Below, one piece after another: positions 1 through 10,423 of a stretch of DNA of 64,000 nucleotides. A program made the position numbers and the translations under genes. Each line of letters begins with the position of its first letter. The first letter of the stretch is position 1. Under the pieces are notes generated by a model. It searched no databases. It was not told the origin of the DNA and was given only the letters and a program-made list of their open reading frames with translations. The DNA comes from Sphaerodactylus townsendi (Eukaryota), in the NCBI RefSeq assembly GCF_021028975.2, contig NC_059430.1:44206001-44270000 (forward strand). Direction: 5' to 3'.

Positions 1-240
1 TTCGCCACCACGGTCCTAGTTGTACTCATCTAAAGACAATTAAAACATATGGGATACCTGACACTACATTTTCAGAAAGTAACTGGTTACCAGTAGTGAA
101 GTTGCAATGTTCTTTCTAGCAGGGATCTTGCACTTTGAACAGTTCACACAACATGCTGAAATGCAATATATGCTACATTTCTTTGCATGGGAATACAAAC
201 TTGAAAGGTGCTTCAGATGTTCAATTTCTGCTGGAATTGT

Positions 241-505
241 ATTGTCAAAGGCTTTCACGGCCGGATTCAGCTGGTTCTGGTGGGTTTCCCAGACTGTGTG
301 GCCATGGTCTGGTGGATCTTGTTCCTAATGTTTCGCCTGCATCTGTGGCTGGCATCTTCTGAGGTGTATCACAGAGGGACACAGTGTGTAACAGTCTTCC
401 CTCTGTGATACACCTCTGAAGATGCCAGCCAAAGATGCAGGCGAAACATTAGGAACAAGATTCCCCAGACCACGGCCACCCAGCCCGGAAAACCCACCAG
501 AACCA
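241..505. mobile_element. Palindromic Penelope-like (PLE) derived insert with inverted minimal hammerhead motifs
   Basis: Arms 273-378 and 399-504 are reverse complements; CTGAAGA-t-GCC...GGC-GAAA-CATT-AGG at 416-453; flanked by a near-duplicated tctg(c)tggaatt. Confidence 0.75.
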
Positions 506-879
506 ATCTGTGGAATTATTTTCCATGATACAGAGCCCATTGGTGGGGCACAGGGATACCTTGACATCCAAACCAGCAGCATATCACTATTATTTCCAAT
601 AAATCCCTTCCCCTTTAGTAGCGTTGCGTGATGATGATGACTGCATTGCCAACCTCTTCTCCAAGAACTACAGCGGGATCTACCATATAGGAATCAGCTA
701 CTCCATTTCACAGCATGGAGATGCAATGGCAGGAAACGTCATCTCCTAAATTTTGTTGTTGTCGTTGCCTGACAAATAAGCAGTGAAATGGGGTGGGGAA
801 CAAACATAATATTTCTTCGGTCAGACTTAAAAGACCTCCCTATCTTAAGAAACGTGATCCCTTTTCAAACCATTTAGAA

Positions 880-1400
880 ACAGCGGCAAAGTGGCAAAAT
901 GGTCCTTTATCTGCCCCGCCCTCGCCTTTGTTCCATCCCTCAGAGGAAGAGTGGACGACGCATAATGGAGCGAACACGAAAGCAGTCACAATTCCACGGA
1001 AGAACTGCGGAGCGCGCGGTTGCCCAGGCAACGTCTTTTCTCCGTTCTTCCCTTCTCCAGCCGCCATCACGCGCAGGAGAGGCCGCCCAGGTCACACCCT
1101 GGCTGCTCCGCGGTTTTGTGTTGCGGCGGGGCTTTTAGTCAAGGGCGGGGCAGAGGTTTAGCCATGCGGGATTAGGGATTCTTTCTCCCTCCCACCCCCG
1201 TACTTGGGAATCAGCATTCTCACACAAAACAAAGGTGAGAGAAGTCCGCCTTTTACGCCCTAGAGCAGAATACGCGCGTGGCAGTGCAAACTCCACTCTC
1301 TTGAGCAGAGGAGGACATTGTGGCACAGTTGAGTTTCTTCCTTTCTCGTCAAGTCTAAAAGCAAGAAGGGCTGCTCTTTCCGATTGTGGTGGCTCGTGGC
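880..1400 (+). promoter_or_regulatory. CpG-rich promoter / non-coding first-exon region of AGBL3
   Basis: Local CpG enrichment, GC boxes (ccccgccc ~914, gggcgggg ~1143), X-box, candidate donor aag|gtgaga ~1234; the exon at 8151 begins with an acceptor, so an upstream UTR exon is required. Confidence 0.7.
1019..1032. promoter_or_regulatory. RFX X-box (GTTGCCCAGGCAAC)
   Basis: Perfect inverted GTTGCC/GGCAAC half-sites with a 2-bp spacer, inside the CpG-rich region. Confidence 0.75.
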
Positions 1401-1906
1401 TGGAGGTTGTTTTGAGCTGGGCAAGTTGGTTTGAATTGTTTTCTTAATGTTTGGATGCGGTTGCTAAAAACAGTAGAAGGCAGCATCCTTAACTGGAAAG
1501 GTACGGACATAATTAAGTTTTGGACAAGCACGGGGTGTAAGTAGCACTTATCTCCATTGCAGCCCGTTACAGCCAATTCTCAATTCACGACAGCTAGGCA
1601 AACTGCTAATTTTGATATTTGGCAAAGATACAAGTTTCTATAGTACTAGGCTTTAGAGGTGCACTTTCTATATTGATTTATGATCGGATTTGAGGGAAAT
1701 GTGGGTCAAAGAATGTTTCATTTTCAATAATGTACCAGTGTTCAATAAACTATCACCTAAGATGCATAAGGAAAAAAAGGGGAAATTGACATACCTGCTG
1801 AAATCTATGAGGTCAAATGGTGTAAGAGATTTAAAAATATCAATTTTACTGTGTTGGTATTAGACAAATCATTTTGCAGATGATGCTACACACTGCTTAG
1901 ATGGAC

Positions 1907-3190
1907 CAGAGGCGTAGCTACAATGGGGACATCCCGGGAACAAATGTCCCACCATTGGGACGCAGAAAAATTTGGGCTCATTTCTATGGGGGGGGGGGTA
2001 TTTTTAGTGTTTTTACTTGGTCAGCCAGCAATAGGCGCAGTTTTTAGGCTAGCGGCACCAAAATTTCAGGCTATTGTCAGGTGACACTCCTGATTATACC
2101 AGCCAAGTTTTGTGAAGTTTGGTTCAGGGGTCTAAAGTTATGGACCCCCAAAAGGGGTGCCCCATCCCCCATTGTTTCCAATGGGAGCTAATGGTAGATG
2201 GGGCTACCTTTTTGAGGGTCCATAACTTTGGAACCCCTGAACCAAACTTCACTAAACCTGGACGGTTTCATCAGGAGAGTCTACTGAAGATAGCCTAAAA
2301 TTTTGGTACTGTTAAACATTGCTCCCCTGGCATGCACCCTCAAATTTTTCCCAGGTTCTCTCTTTAAATTCACCCCGTTTTAAGGGACAATCTGGGCTCC
2401 CTAGTTAAAAAAAAACACCATTTAAAGTATTGTTGAAGGCTTTCACAACCAGATTCAACTGGTTTCCCAGGTTCTCTCTTTAAATTCACCCCATTTTAAG
2501 GGAGAATCTGGGCTCCCTAGTTAAAAAAAAACACCATTTAAAGTATTGTTGAAAACTGTCACAACCAGATTCAACTGGTTGTTGTGGGTTTTACAGGCTG
2601 TGTGGCCGTGGTTTGGTAGATCTTGTTCCTAACGTTTTGCCTGCATCTGTGCCTGGCATCTTCAGAGGTGTATCACAGAGAGAAGTCTGGACACAGTGTA
2701 TAACAGACTTCTCTCTGTGATACACTCTGAAGATACCAGCCACAGATTCAGGTGAAACATTAGGAACAAGATCTACCAGACCATGGCCACGCAGCCCAGA
2801 AAACCCACAACAACCAATTGAAAATGATGCTGTTTGGTGGGTGGGTGTGGAATCTACCTTGAAACAGCATCACTTTCAATGTTGTTTAAACTAGGGAGCC
2901 CAGAGTCTCCCTTTAAGGCAGATTTAAAAGGAGAATCTGGGCTCCCTATCTAAACAACATTAATAATGATGCTGTTTCATGGTGGATTCCCCCCCCCCTT
3001 CAAAAATAGCATCACTTTCAATGTTGTTTAAACTAGGGAGCCCTGGGTGTGTTCAAATTTGTGTATTGGGGCATGTTCTATAATGTGATGGTGACTTTGA
3101 GATGACCTGGTGCAAAAAATGTTGTTTGGTCGTGGTGCGGGAGGGTGGCCGCCCATATAGGATGGGGGGCACAAATTTCCCTAGCTCCAT
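1907..3190. mobile_element. Non-autonomous hAT-like DNA element with internal inverted repeats
   Basis: Starts CAGAGGCGTAGCT (same end as the TSD-bearing element at 18094); internal sequence shared with 6746-7433. Confidence 0.55.
2544..2816. mobile_element. Second palindromic PLE-derived insert, nested in a hAT-like element
   Basis: Highly similar to 241-505; arms from 2577 to 2815. Confidence 0.75.
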
Positions 3191-3298
3191 TTTCACCCTA
3201 ATTTATTATTTTTGTTTAATTTGGTTTTTGTTACAATTTGGGAAGACTTTATGACTGACTGAATTAATTAAATAAAAATAATAAGCTAGGGTTAGGGT

Positions 3299-3480
3299 CA
3301 GTGGTGGGATCCAAAATTTTTACTAACAGGTTCCGATGGTGGTGGGATTCAAACGGTGGCGCCACCGCACACACGCACCTCCAGTCCCTATTGGGCAGGG
3401 AGGTTGCTTCTCGGCACTGAGAAAAAAAAATTAGTAACCACTTCTAGAGAAGTGGTGAGAACTGGTTGGATCCCACCTCT
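3299..3480. mobile_element. Short MITE (TIR cagtggtgggatcc / ggatcccacctct)
   Basis: Terminal inverted repeats; a related end at 7700-7759. Confidence 0.55.
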
Positions 3481-3734
3481 ATTGAAAATGGTTAAGGCAA
3501 TGGGCAGGGGTTTTATTTTTAGTAAGTTATATTGAGAGTCTTGTGGCTAATCTGAGAATAGGTTTCATGGTCAGCTCTTTGTGGTTCTTTGAGTTTTGCC
3601 TTAATCCTTGCCCTTGCTTAAACCCCAACCCTAATTTGTTATTTTTATTTATTCAGTCATAAATTGTTCCCAAATGGTAACAAAAAATAAAAATAATAAA
3701 AATAATAAGTTAAGGGTTAAGGTTAAGGCAAACG

Positions 3735-3888
3735 NNNNNNNNNNNNNNNNNNNNNNNNNNNNNNNNNNNNNNNNNNNNNNNNNNNNNNNNNNNNNNNNNN
3801 NNNNNNNNNNNNNNNNNNNNNNNNNNNNNNNNNNNNNNNNNNNNNNNNNNNNNNNNNNNNNNNNNNNNNNNNNNNNNNNNNNNNNNNN
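3735..3888. other. Assembly gap (154 N)
   Basis: N run. Confidence 1.
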
Positions 3889-4170
3889 CCCGAAGGGCTT
3901 AGGGCAGTGTACAGATAAAACATTAGCTAAAAACATACATATAATTAAAACAACAGTCATATCTTAAAGCATCACCCGCGCCCTTATGAAACCCTCCTAA
4001 TGTGAAATAATGGGTCCTGATGGTATTAGGGCCCATGGGGGTAAAGAGGCAGGGGCCCTTAGTGTTACGTTGAGTTCTAGGGCGCAGTCCAATATTAGCA
4101 CGATGGTCAGTTTTAGGTTTCGGGTTTTTGTTAGAAATTTGGGGACAATTTATGACTGAATAAATTAAAT

Positions 4171-5930
4171 CTGTCTTCACCCAAGAGGAGGTGAGGAAAA
4201 TTCCTGCACCTGAACCAAGCTTCTTAGGAGGCGAATCCGAGGAACTAACGAAGATAGTGGTAGACAAGGAAGAAGTTCTGGCAGCCATTGATAAACTAAA
4301 TGCTACCAAATCCCCTGGCCCAGATTGCATTCACCCAAGAGTTCTTAAAGAGCTCAAGCATGAAATTGCTGATGTTCTCACTTTAATATGCAACTTATCC
4401 TTGAAATCAGGCTCCATCCCTGAAGACTGGAAGATGGCCAATGTCACACCAATCTTTAAGAAAGGATCTAGGGGGGACCCGGGAAATCACAGGCCAGTCA
4501 GTTTGACATCTGTTCCTGGTAAATTAGTAGAATCTGTCATTAAAGATAAAATTATAAAACATGTACAAAAGCAAAACCTGCTGAGAAAGAGTCAGCATGG
4601 CTTTTGCAGAGGCAAATCCTGTCTTACAAACTTACTAGAGTTCTTTGAGGATGTAAATAGGCATGTGGATTTCCAAAAGGCTTTTGACAAAGTTCCTCAC
4701 CAGAGACTATTGAGAAAAACTCAGCAATGAAGGAATAAGAGGGAAGTCCTCCTATGGATTAAAAACTGGTTGAGAAACAGGAAGCAAAGAGTGGGTGTAA
4801 ATGGGAAATTCTCACAATGGAGAGATGTGGGGAGTGGTGTCCCCATGATCCGTGATTGGGACCAGTGCTCTTTAACCTATTCATAAATGACCTGGAAGTA
4901 GGGTGGGTAGCGTAGGCCAAGTTTGCAGATGATACCAAATTATGTAGGGTGGTGAGAACCACAAAGGATTGCAGGAGCTCCAAGCGGACCTTGATAAATT
5001 AGGTGAGTGGGCTAAGAAATGGCAAATGCAGTTCAATGTAGCAAAATGCAAAGTGATGCACATAGGGGCAAAAAATCTAAACTTCACATACACGCTACAG
5101 GGGTCAGTGCTATCAGTCACAGACCAGGAAAGCGACTTGGGAGCCTTAATTCGATAGTTCCATAGGAATGTCAACTCCAATGTATGGCAGCTGTGAAAAA
5201 GGCAAACTCTATGCTGGGGATAATCAGGAAAGGAATTGATAATAAAACTGCAAAGATTGTCATGCCCTTATATAAAGCCGTGGTGCGACCACACTTGGAG
5301 TACTGTGTTCAGTTCTGGTCACCACATCTCAAAAAGGATAGTGAAGAGATAGAAAAAGTGCAGAGAAGGGCAACGAGGATGATTGAGGGACTGGAGCACC
5401 TTCCTTATGAGGAAAGGCTGCAGCGTTTGGGACTCTTTAGTTTGGAGAGGAGACGTCTGAGGGGGGATATGAGTGAAGTCTATAAAATTATGCATGGGGT
5501 AGAAAATGTTGACAGAGAGAAATTTTTCTCTCTTTCTCACAATACTAGAACCAGGGGGCATTCATTGAAAATGCTGGGGGGAAGAATTAGAACTAATAAA
5601 AGGAAACACTTCTTCACGCAACGTGTGATTGGTGTTTGGAATATGCTGCCACAGGAGGTGGTGATGGCCACTAACCTGGATAGCTTTAAAAGGGGCTTGG
5701 ACAGATTTATGGAGGAGAAGTCAATTTATGGCTACCAATCTTGATCCTCTTTGATCTGAGATTGCAAATGCCTTAACAGTCCAGGTGCTCGGGAGCAACA
5801 GCCGCAGAAGGCCATTGCTTTCACATCCTACATGTGAACTCCCAAAGGCACCTGGTGGGCCACTGCGAGTAGCAGAGAGCTGGACTAGATGGACTCTGGT
5901 CTGATCCAGCTGGCTTGTTCTTATGTTCTT
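4171..5930 (+). mobile_element. CR1 LINE, 5'-truncated (ORF2 RT plus 3' UTR)
   Basis: KSPGPDCIHPRVLKEL, FADDTKL, RPHLEYCVQFWSP motifs; tail ttcttatgttctt; frameshifts. Confidence 0.95.
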
Positions 5931-6745
5931 AAATAAAAATAAAAAGTTAGGTTGGGGTTCAAGACAGGGCAAGGGTTAAGGCAAAACCCTGAAATCTGAA
6001 ACTGGCTGCGCCCTAGAACTCAATTTAACACAAAGGCAAACCAAAGCTCCTTTCCATCCCTTAACCCTAACCCTAACTTATTATTTTTATTCAATTTATT
6101 TGGTCATAAATTGTTCCCAAATTTCTAACAAAAACCCGAAACCTAAATCTGACCATAGCCCTATTCTTGCACTGCACCCTAGAACTCAACGTAACACTCA
6201 GGCAAGCCTGAGCCCCTGCCCTTGCCTTAACCCTATCCCTAACTAATTATTTGTATTTAATTTATTCAGTCATAAATTGTTCCCAAAATTGTAACAAAAA
6301 AAATTAGATAAAAATAATAGGTTAGGGTTAGGGTTAAGGCAAGGGCAGAGGGTCAGGCATGCCTTTGTGCTCCATGGAGTTCAAGGGTGCAGTCCAAGAA
6401 TTAGGCTATGGTCAGTTTTAGGTTTCGGCATTTTGTTACAATTTTGGGAACAATTTATGACTGAATAAATTAAATTAAAATAACAAGTTAGGGTTCAGGG
6501 CAGGGGCTCAGGCTTGCCTGAGTGTTACATTGAGTTCTAGGGCGCAGTGCAATATTAGTGCGATGGTCAGTTTTAGGTTTCGGGTTTTTGTTACAAATTT
6601 GGGAACAATTTATGACTGAATAAATTAAATAAAAATAAAAAGTTAGGGTTGGGGTTCAAGCAAAGGCAAGGGTTAAGGCAAAACCCTGAAACCTGATACT
6701 GACCATAACCCTATTCTTGGACTGCACTCTAGAACGCAATATAAC

Positions 6746-7433
6746 ACAGGGGCGTAATGCCCATTGGGCAAGGTGGACAGCTGCCCAGGGCACCACCTTG
6801 TGGGGGGCATCAAAATGCAGGGTTCGTTTTTGGGTATTTTTAGTGGTTTTCCATTTTTGGCCTGCAGGGGGTGCCTTTTTGGATACCCTTTCAGGGTATC
6901 ATCTGGAAACTGTCCTGATAGGACCCCCCAGGTTTGGTGCAGTTTGGTTTAGGGGGTCCAAAGTTATGGACTCCCAAAGGGGGTGCCCCCAACCCCCATT
7001 GTTTCCAATGGGAGCTAATAGGAGATGGGGGCTACAATTTTGAGGGTCCATAACTTTGCCCCCCCTGAACCAAACTGCACCAAACCTGGGGGGTATCATT
7101 AGGGAAGTCTCCTGATGGGACCATGAAAGTTTTGAGACTGTGCCTTCAGAAATGTGCCCCCCCCCAGCCTGCAACCCCCATTGACAGCAATGCAGAAAAC
7201 TCAATGTGGAACAAAGATTCTTGGGCAAATTTCTGGGATGTTCCTGCAGGGGGTGCATTTTTGGGTGTATCGACACCAAAATTTCAGGATATCATCTGGA
7301 GACTGTCCTGATGGGACCCCCCAAGTTTGGTGCAGTTTGGTTCAGGGGGTCCAAAGTTATGGACCCTCAAAAGTGTAGCCCCCATCTCCTTAGCAAAGAA
7401 TGGGGGATGGGGCACCCCCTTTGAGGGTCCATA
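6746..7433. mobile_element. hAT-like non-autonomous element fragment (family of 1907-3190)
   Basis: caggggcgta start; shared internal motifs ttatggaccc / cccattgtttccaatgggagc. Confidence 0.5.
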
Positions 7434-8189
7434 ACCCTAAACCTAAACCTGACCATAGCCCTACTCTAAGACTGCGCCCTAGAACTTAATGGAATGCAAA
7501 GGCAAGCCTGAGCCCCTGCCCTTGCCTTAACCCTAACCTATTATTTTTATTTTATTTGTTTTTGTTACAATTTGGGAACAATTTATGACTGAATATATTA
7601 AATAAAAATAATAAGTTAGGGATGGGTTAAGGCATGGACAGGGGCTCTGTCTTGCCTTAGTGTTATATTGAGTTCTAGGGCGCAGTCTGGTTGTTTACAA
7701 GCACCATTTTAACAACCGGTTCTGCCGATATGGTGTGAACCTACTGAATCCCACCACTGATCCCTCCCCCTTCTCCTTTTTTTTTTGTCTTGTTTAGAAC
7801 ATTCCCTGAGCCCCCTGAACATTCCACTTCATCTCGGTAGTTTGTATACCTGAATCCTCCACCCTCCCCCACCTTCTTTACAAGTTTTTTTTTTGGGGGG
7901 GGGGAATAACTTTTTGTGTTTAAACTCAGAGTTGCTTGCCCTTTAAGTGAAGCCAAGTTTTGTTTCCAAAGTGTTCTTTTGACCAGATCCCCCATATTTA
8001 TGTAGCTGCTTACCCTCCCTGAGACCAGTCCCCCTACTTCCATCTACATCTGTTTTTCAAGCCAGAGTTGATACTGCTTCTTTTTGTGTGTTAGTAGAAT
8101 TGTAGATGGCACATATGATGTCGAGATTCTTGGTTTTCATGTTTTCACAGTCTGTGGAGGAAACATAAAGGGCCTGGTTTCAAGAGATT

Positions 8190-8252
8190 ATGTCCGAAGT
8201 TTCAAATAAAGACAAGCAGCAAGTAGAAGAATTAACCAGTGATTGTTCTTCG
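8190..8252 (+). CDS. AGBL3: AGBL3 first coding exon (exon begins 8151; [21 protein letters not shown])
   Basis: Acceptor ttttcacag|8151, ATG at 8190, 63 coding nt, donor gtttgt; 21 codons, similar to the mammalian MSE...S exon. Confidence 0.75.
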
Positions 8253-10376
8253 GTTTGTTTGTTCTTCATTTTTTTTACATTGTTCTCTCCATGTAAAAGA
8301 TGTTTCCTTTGACATGAGTTTTTAAATTTGTTTCTACTTTTCCCTCCTCCTTCTAGACCCTCTTGTTCATGTTAATATTTATCTTTATATTTTTAACAAG
8401 TAAACCCCTTTTCAAACTCAGATACTGCAATGCTAGGAACACCTTCCTGAGAGTAAGCCCCCTTGGATAAAATGGAACTTGCTACTCAGATCTTTTTAGG
8501 ATTGCTCCCTGAGAGGTCTGTGGCTGATAGTTGCTTTGAGGACTGGTTTCTTCTTGCTACATCCTCTGGTTTGGTCATTTACACTTGAAAAAAAAAAGAT
8601 ATGCGTATAACTTCTTTTTTAAAAAACCTGTGTACAGCAGTATGTTAACAATTATAACAAATAAAAGGATGATACCGTTGGGATTCATTTGCAAAATATA
8701 GGACTCTTCCAGGTAATGAGGTTTGCCCATTTCTGCTGATTCTTAGTTAGTGGGAGTGTGGGGGAAAACACACAACTTAGGGTGCTGCTTATAAGGATAT
8801 TAAACAGAGCCAGTACATGTTCATTGTGCTGTTAGTGGGATGATGGCTCCAACCAGACAATCATCTAAGCTACAGGTCTGCCTGGGGATATGGCAGAGCA
8901 AAGGACAACAATAGTTAATGGTTTGAATGATGATAATATTTGCCTACCAAGAAAGGGGGTTAAGAATAAATTCACCCTGCCTGTTGAAGTGAGTATCCTA
9001 GTAAATGAAGTACAGTGCTGAAGTACAGGTATCCCAATTTGTTGGGAGACCTCCCACCTTTGTGTGTCCACTGCTGCTCCATCCTGCCACCCAAAAGCTC
9101 CCAGTGGTTGCTAGCAGATGGCTGCCACCCCTACACAATGCGAACACAAACTACTGACTGAATTTTTTTCTTCTCCTGTGATTGCATCCATGTTGTTATC
9201 TCAAAGGAAAAATTATCTGAATATTTAAAAACTGGAACATAATGCCATGGCAGTGTTGATGTGGACTATGCTTACATAAGTTTGGGGAATTCCTATTTCT
9301 TTAAAAAGGGGTCCTATGGACCTTTCTGAATAAACACATGAGGATAAAAAAAGCTTGTGTGTTGATGTCTGATGTACAAATCATCACATTTCCAACTCCA
9401 GCAAACACCATAATGGAAATAGATATATAAATGAACTCTAATTCTTTCTATGAGACCTTCCAATGATAACCTGACAGAGAGTATGCAGTTTGACATGTTC
9501 AGAGGCTGTCTGTATGCCATTTGTACTGTACTGTACTGTACTGCATTTTTTCCATCTTCGTCAGGCCCGGCGGCTGGCCCCCTTCCTCTCTCAGGCAGAC
9601 CTAGCCACTGTGATCCATGCAACGGTCACCTCCAGGCTAGACTATTGTAACTCGCTCTTCCCTTGCGCTTGATTCGGAAACTGAAATTGGTCCAACATGC
9701 AGTGCCACACTTGCTCACAGGGGGCGCCTTTCGTGACCATATCCAACCTGTGTTGCGTCAGCTGCATTGGCTCCCAGTGGAATTCCGAATCATCTTCAAG
9801 GTGTGGGTTTTGACCTTTAAGGCCTTACGTGGCCTGGGACCCTTGTACCTTAGAGACCGCATTACCCCATATGCCCCTACTCGGCCTCTGCATTCGGCAG
9901 AGGCCAATTTGCTGGTGGTCCCTGGCCCCTCAATGATGCGGCTGGCCTCCACACGGACCAGGGCCTTTACGGCCCTGGCCCCGGCCTGGTGGAACACTCT
10001 TCCTCCAGCTGTCCGGGCCCTGCGGGACCTTGGTGAATTCCGCAGGGCCTTCAAGACTGAGTTGTTCTGCCAGGCCTTTGGAGTGTCCAGTCGCTAAGTA
10101 GGGCGCCCCCCTTTGCTCCCTTATTTTTACAACTCCTTGGGAGGAGTCCAGCCATTCCCTCTTTTGGGGAGGTTTTTAAAGAACTGGGTTATGGGACGCC
10201 TGTTATTATTGTTTTGACCGCTGTTTTAATGGATTTTAATGGATTTTAGTAAATGTGGTCACTATTGTGGTCCTTTTTATACCTTGTATATATATTGACA
10301 CTGTTGTGCACTGCCCAGAGCCCCTTGGGAATGGGGCGATCTACAAATCTAAATAATTAATTAATTAATTAATTAA

Positions 10377-10423
<47 letters not shown>

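Larger units (their letters stand above)
3195..7690. repeat. Complex AT-rich foldback repeat array with TTAGGG-like motifs, interrupted by a MITE, a gap, CR1 and a hAT-like element
   Basis: A unit of about 150 bp (gagttctagggcgcagt...tatgactgaataaattaaat...ttagggttaggg) recurs in both orientations. Confidence 0.8.

Noticed and set aside
793-1161. 122-aa ORF over the CpG-rich region
   Set aside because: GTG start and GC-rich promoter sequence; no homology recognised
2368-2580. ~117-bp tandem duplication, plus short duplications at 54411-54460 and 55006-55061
   Set aside because: Ordinary local slippage or duplication; nothing suggests function
3195-7690. CRISPR-like array or true telomere
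   Set aside because: Eukaryotic context, no unique spacers, and at most 2-3 consecutive TTAGGG units
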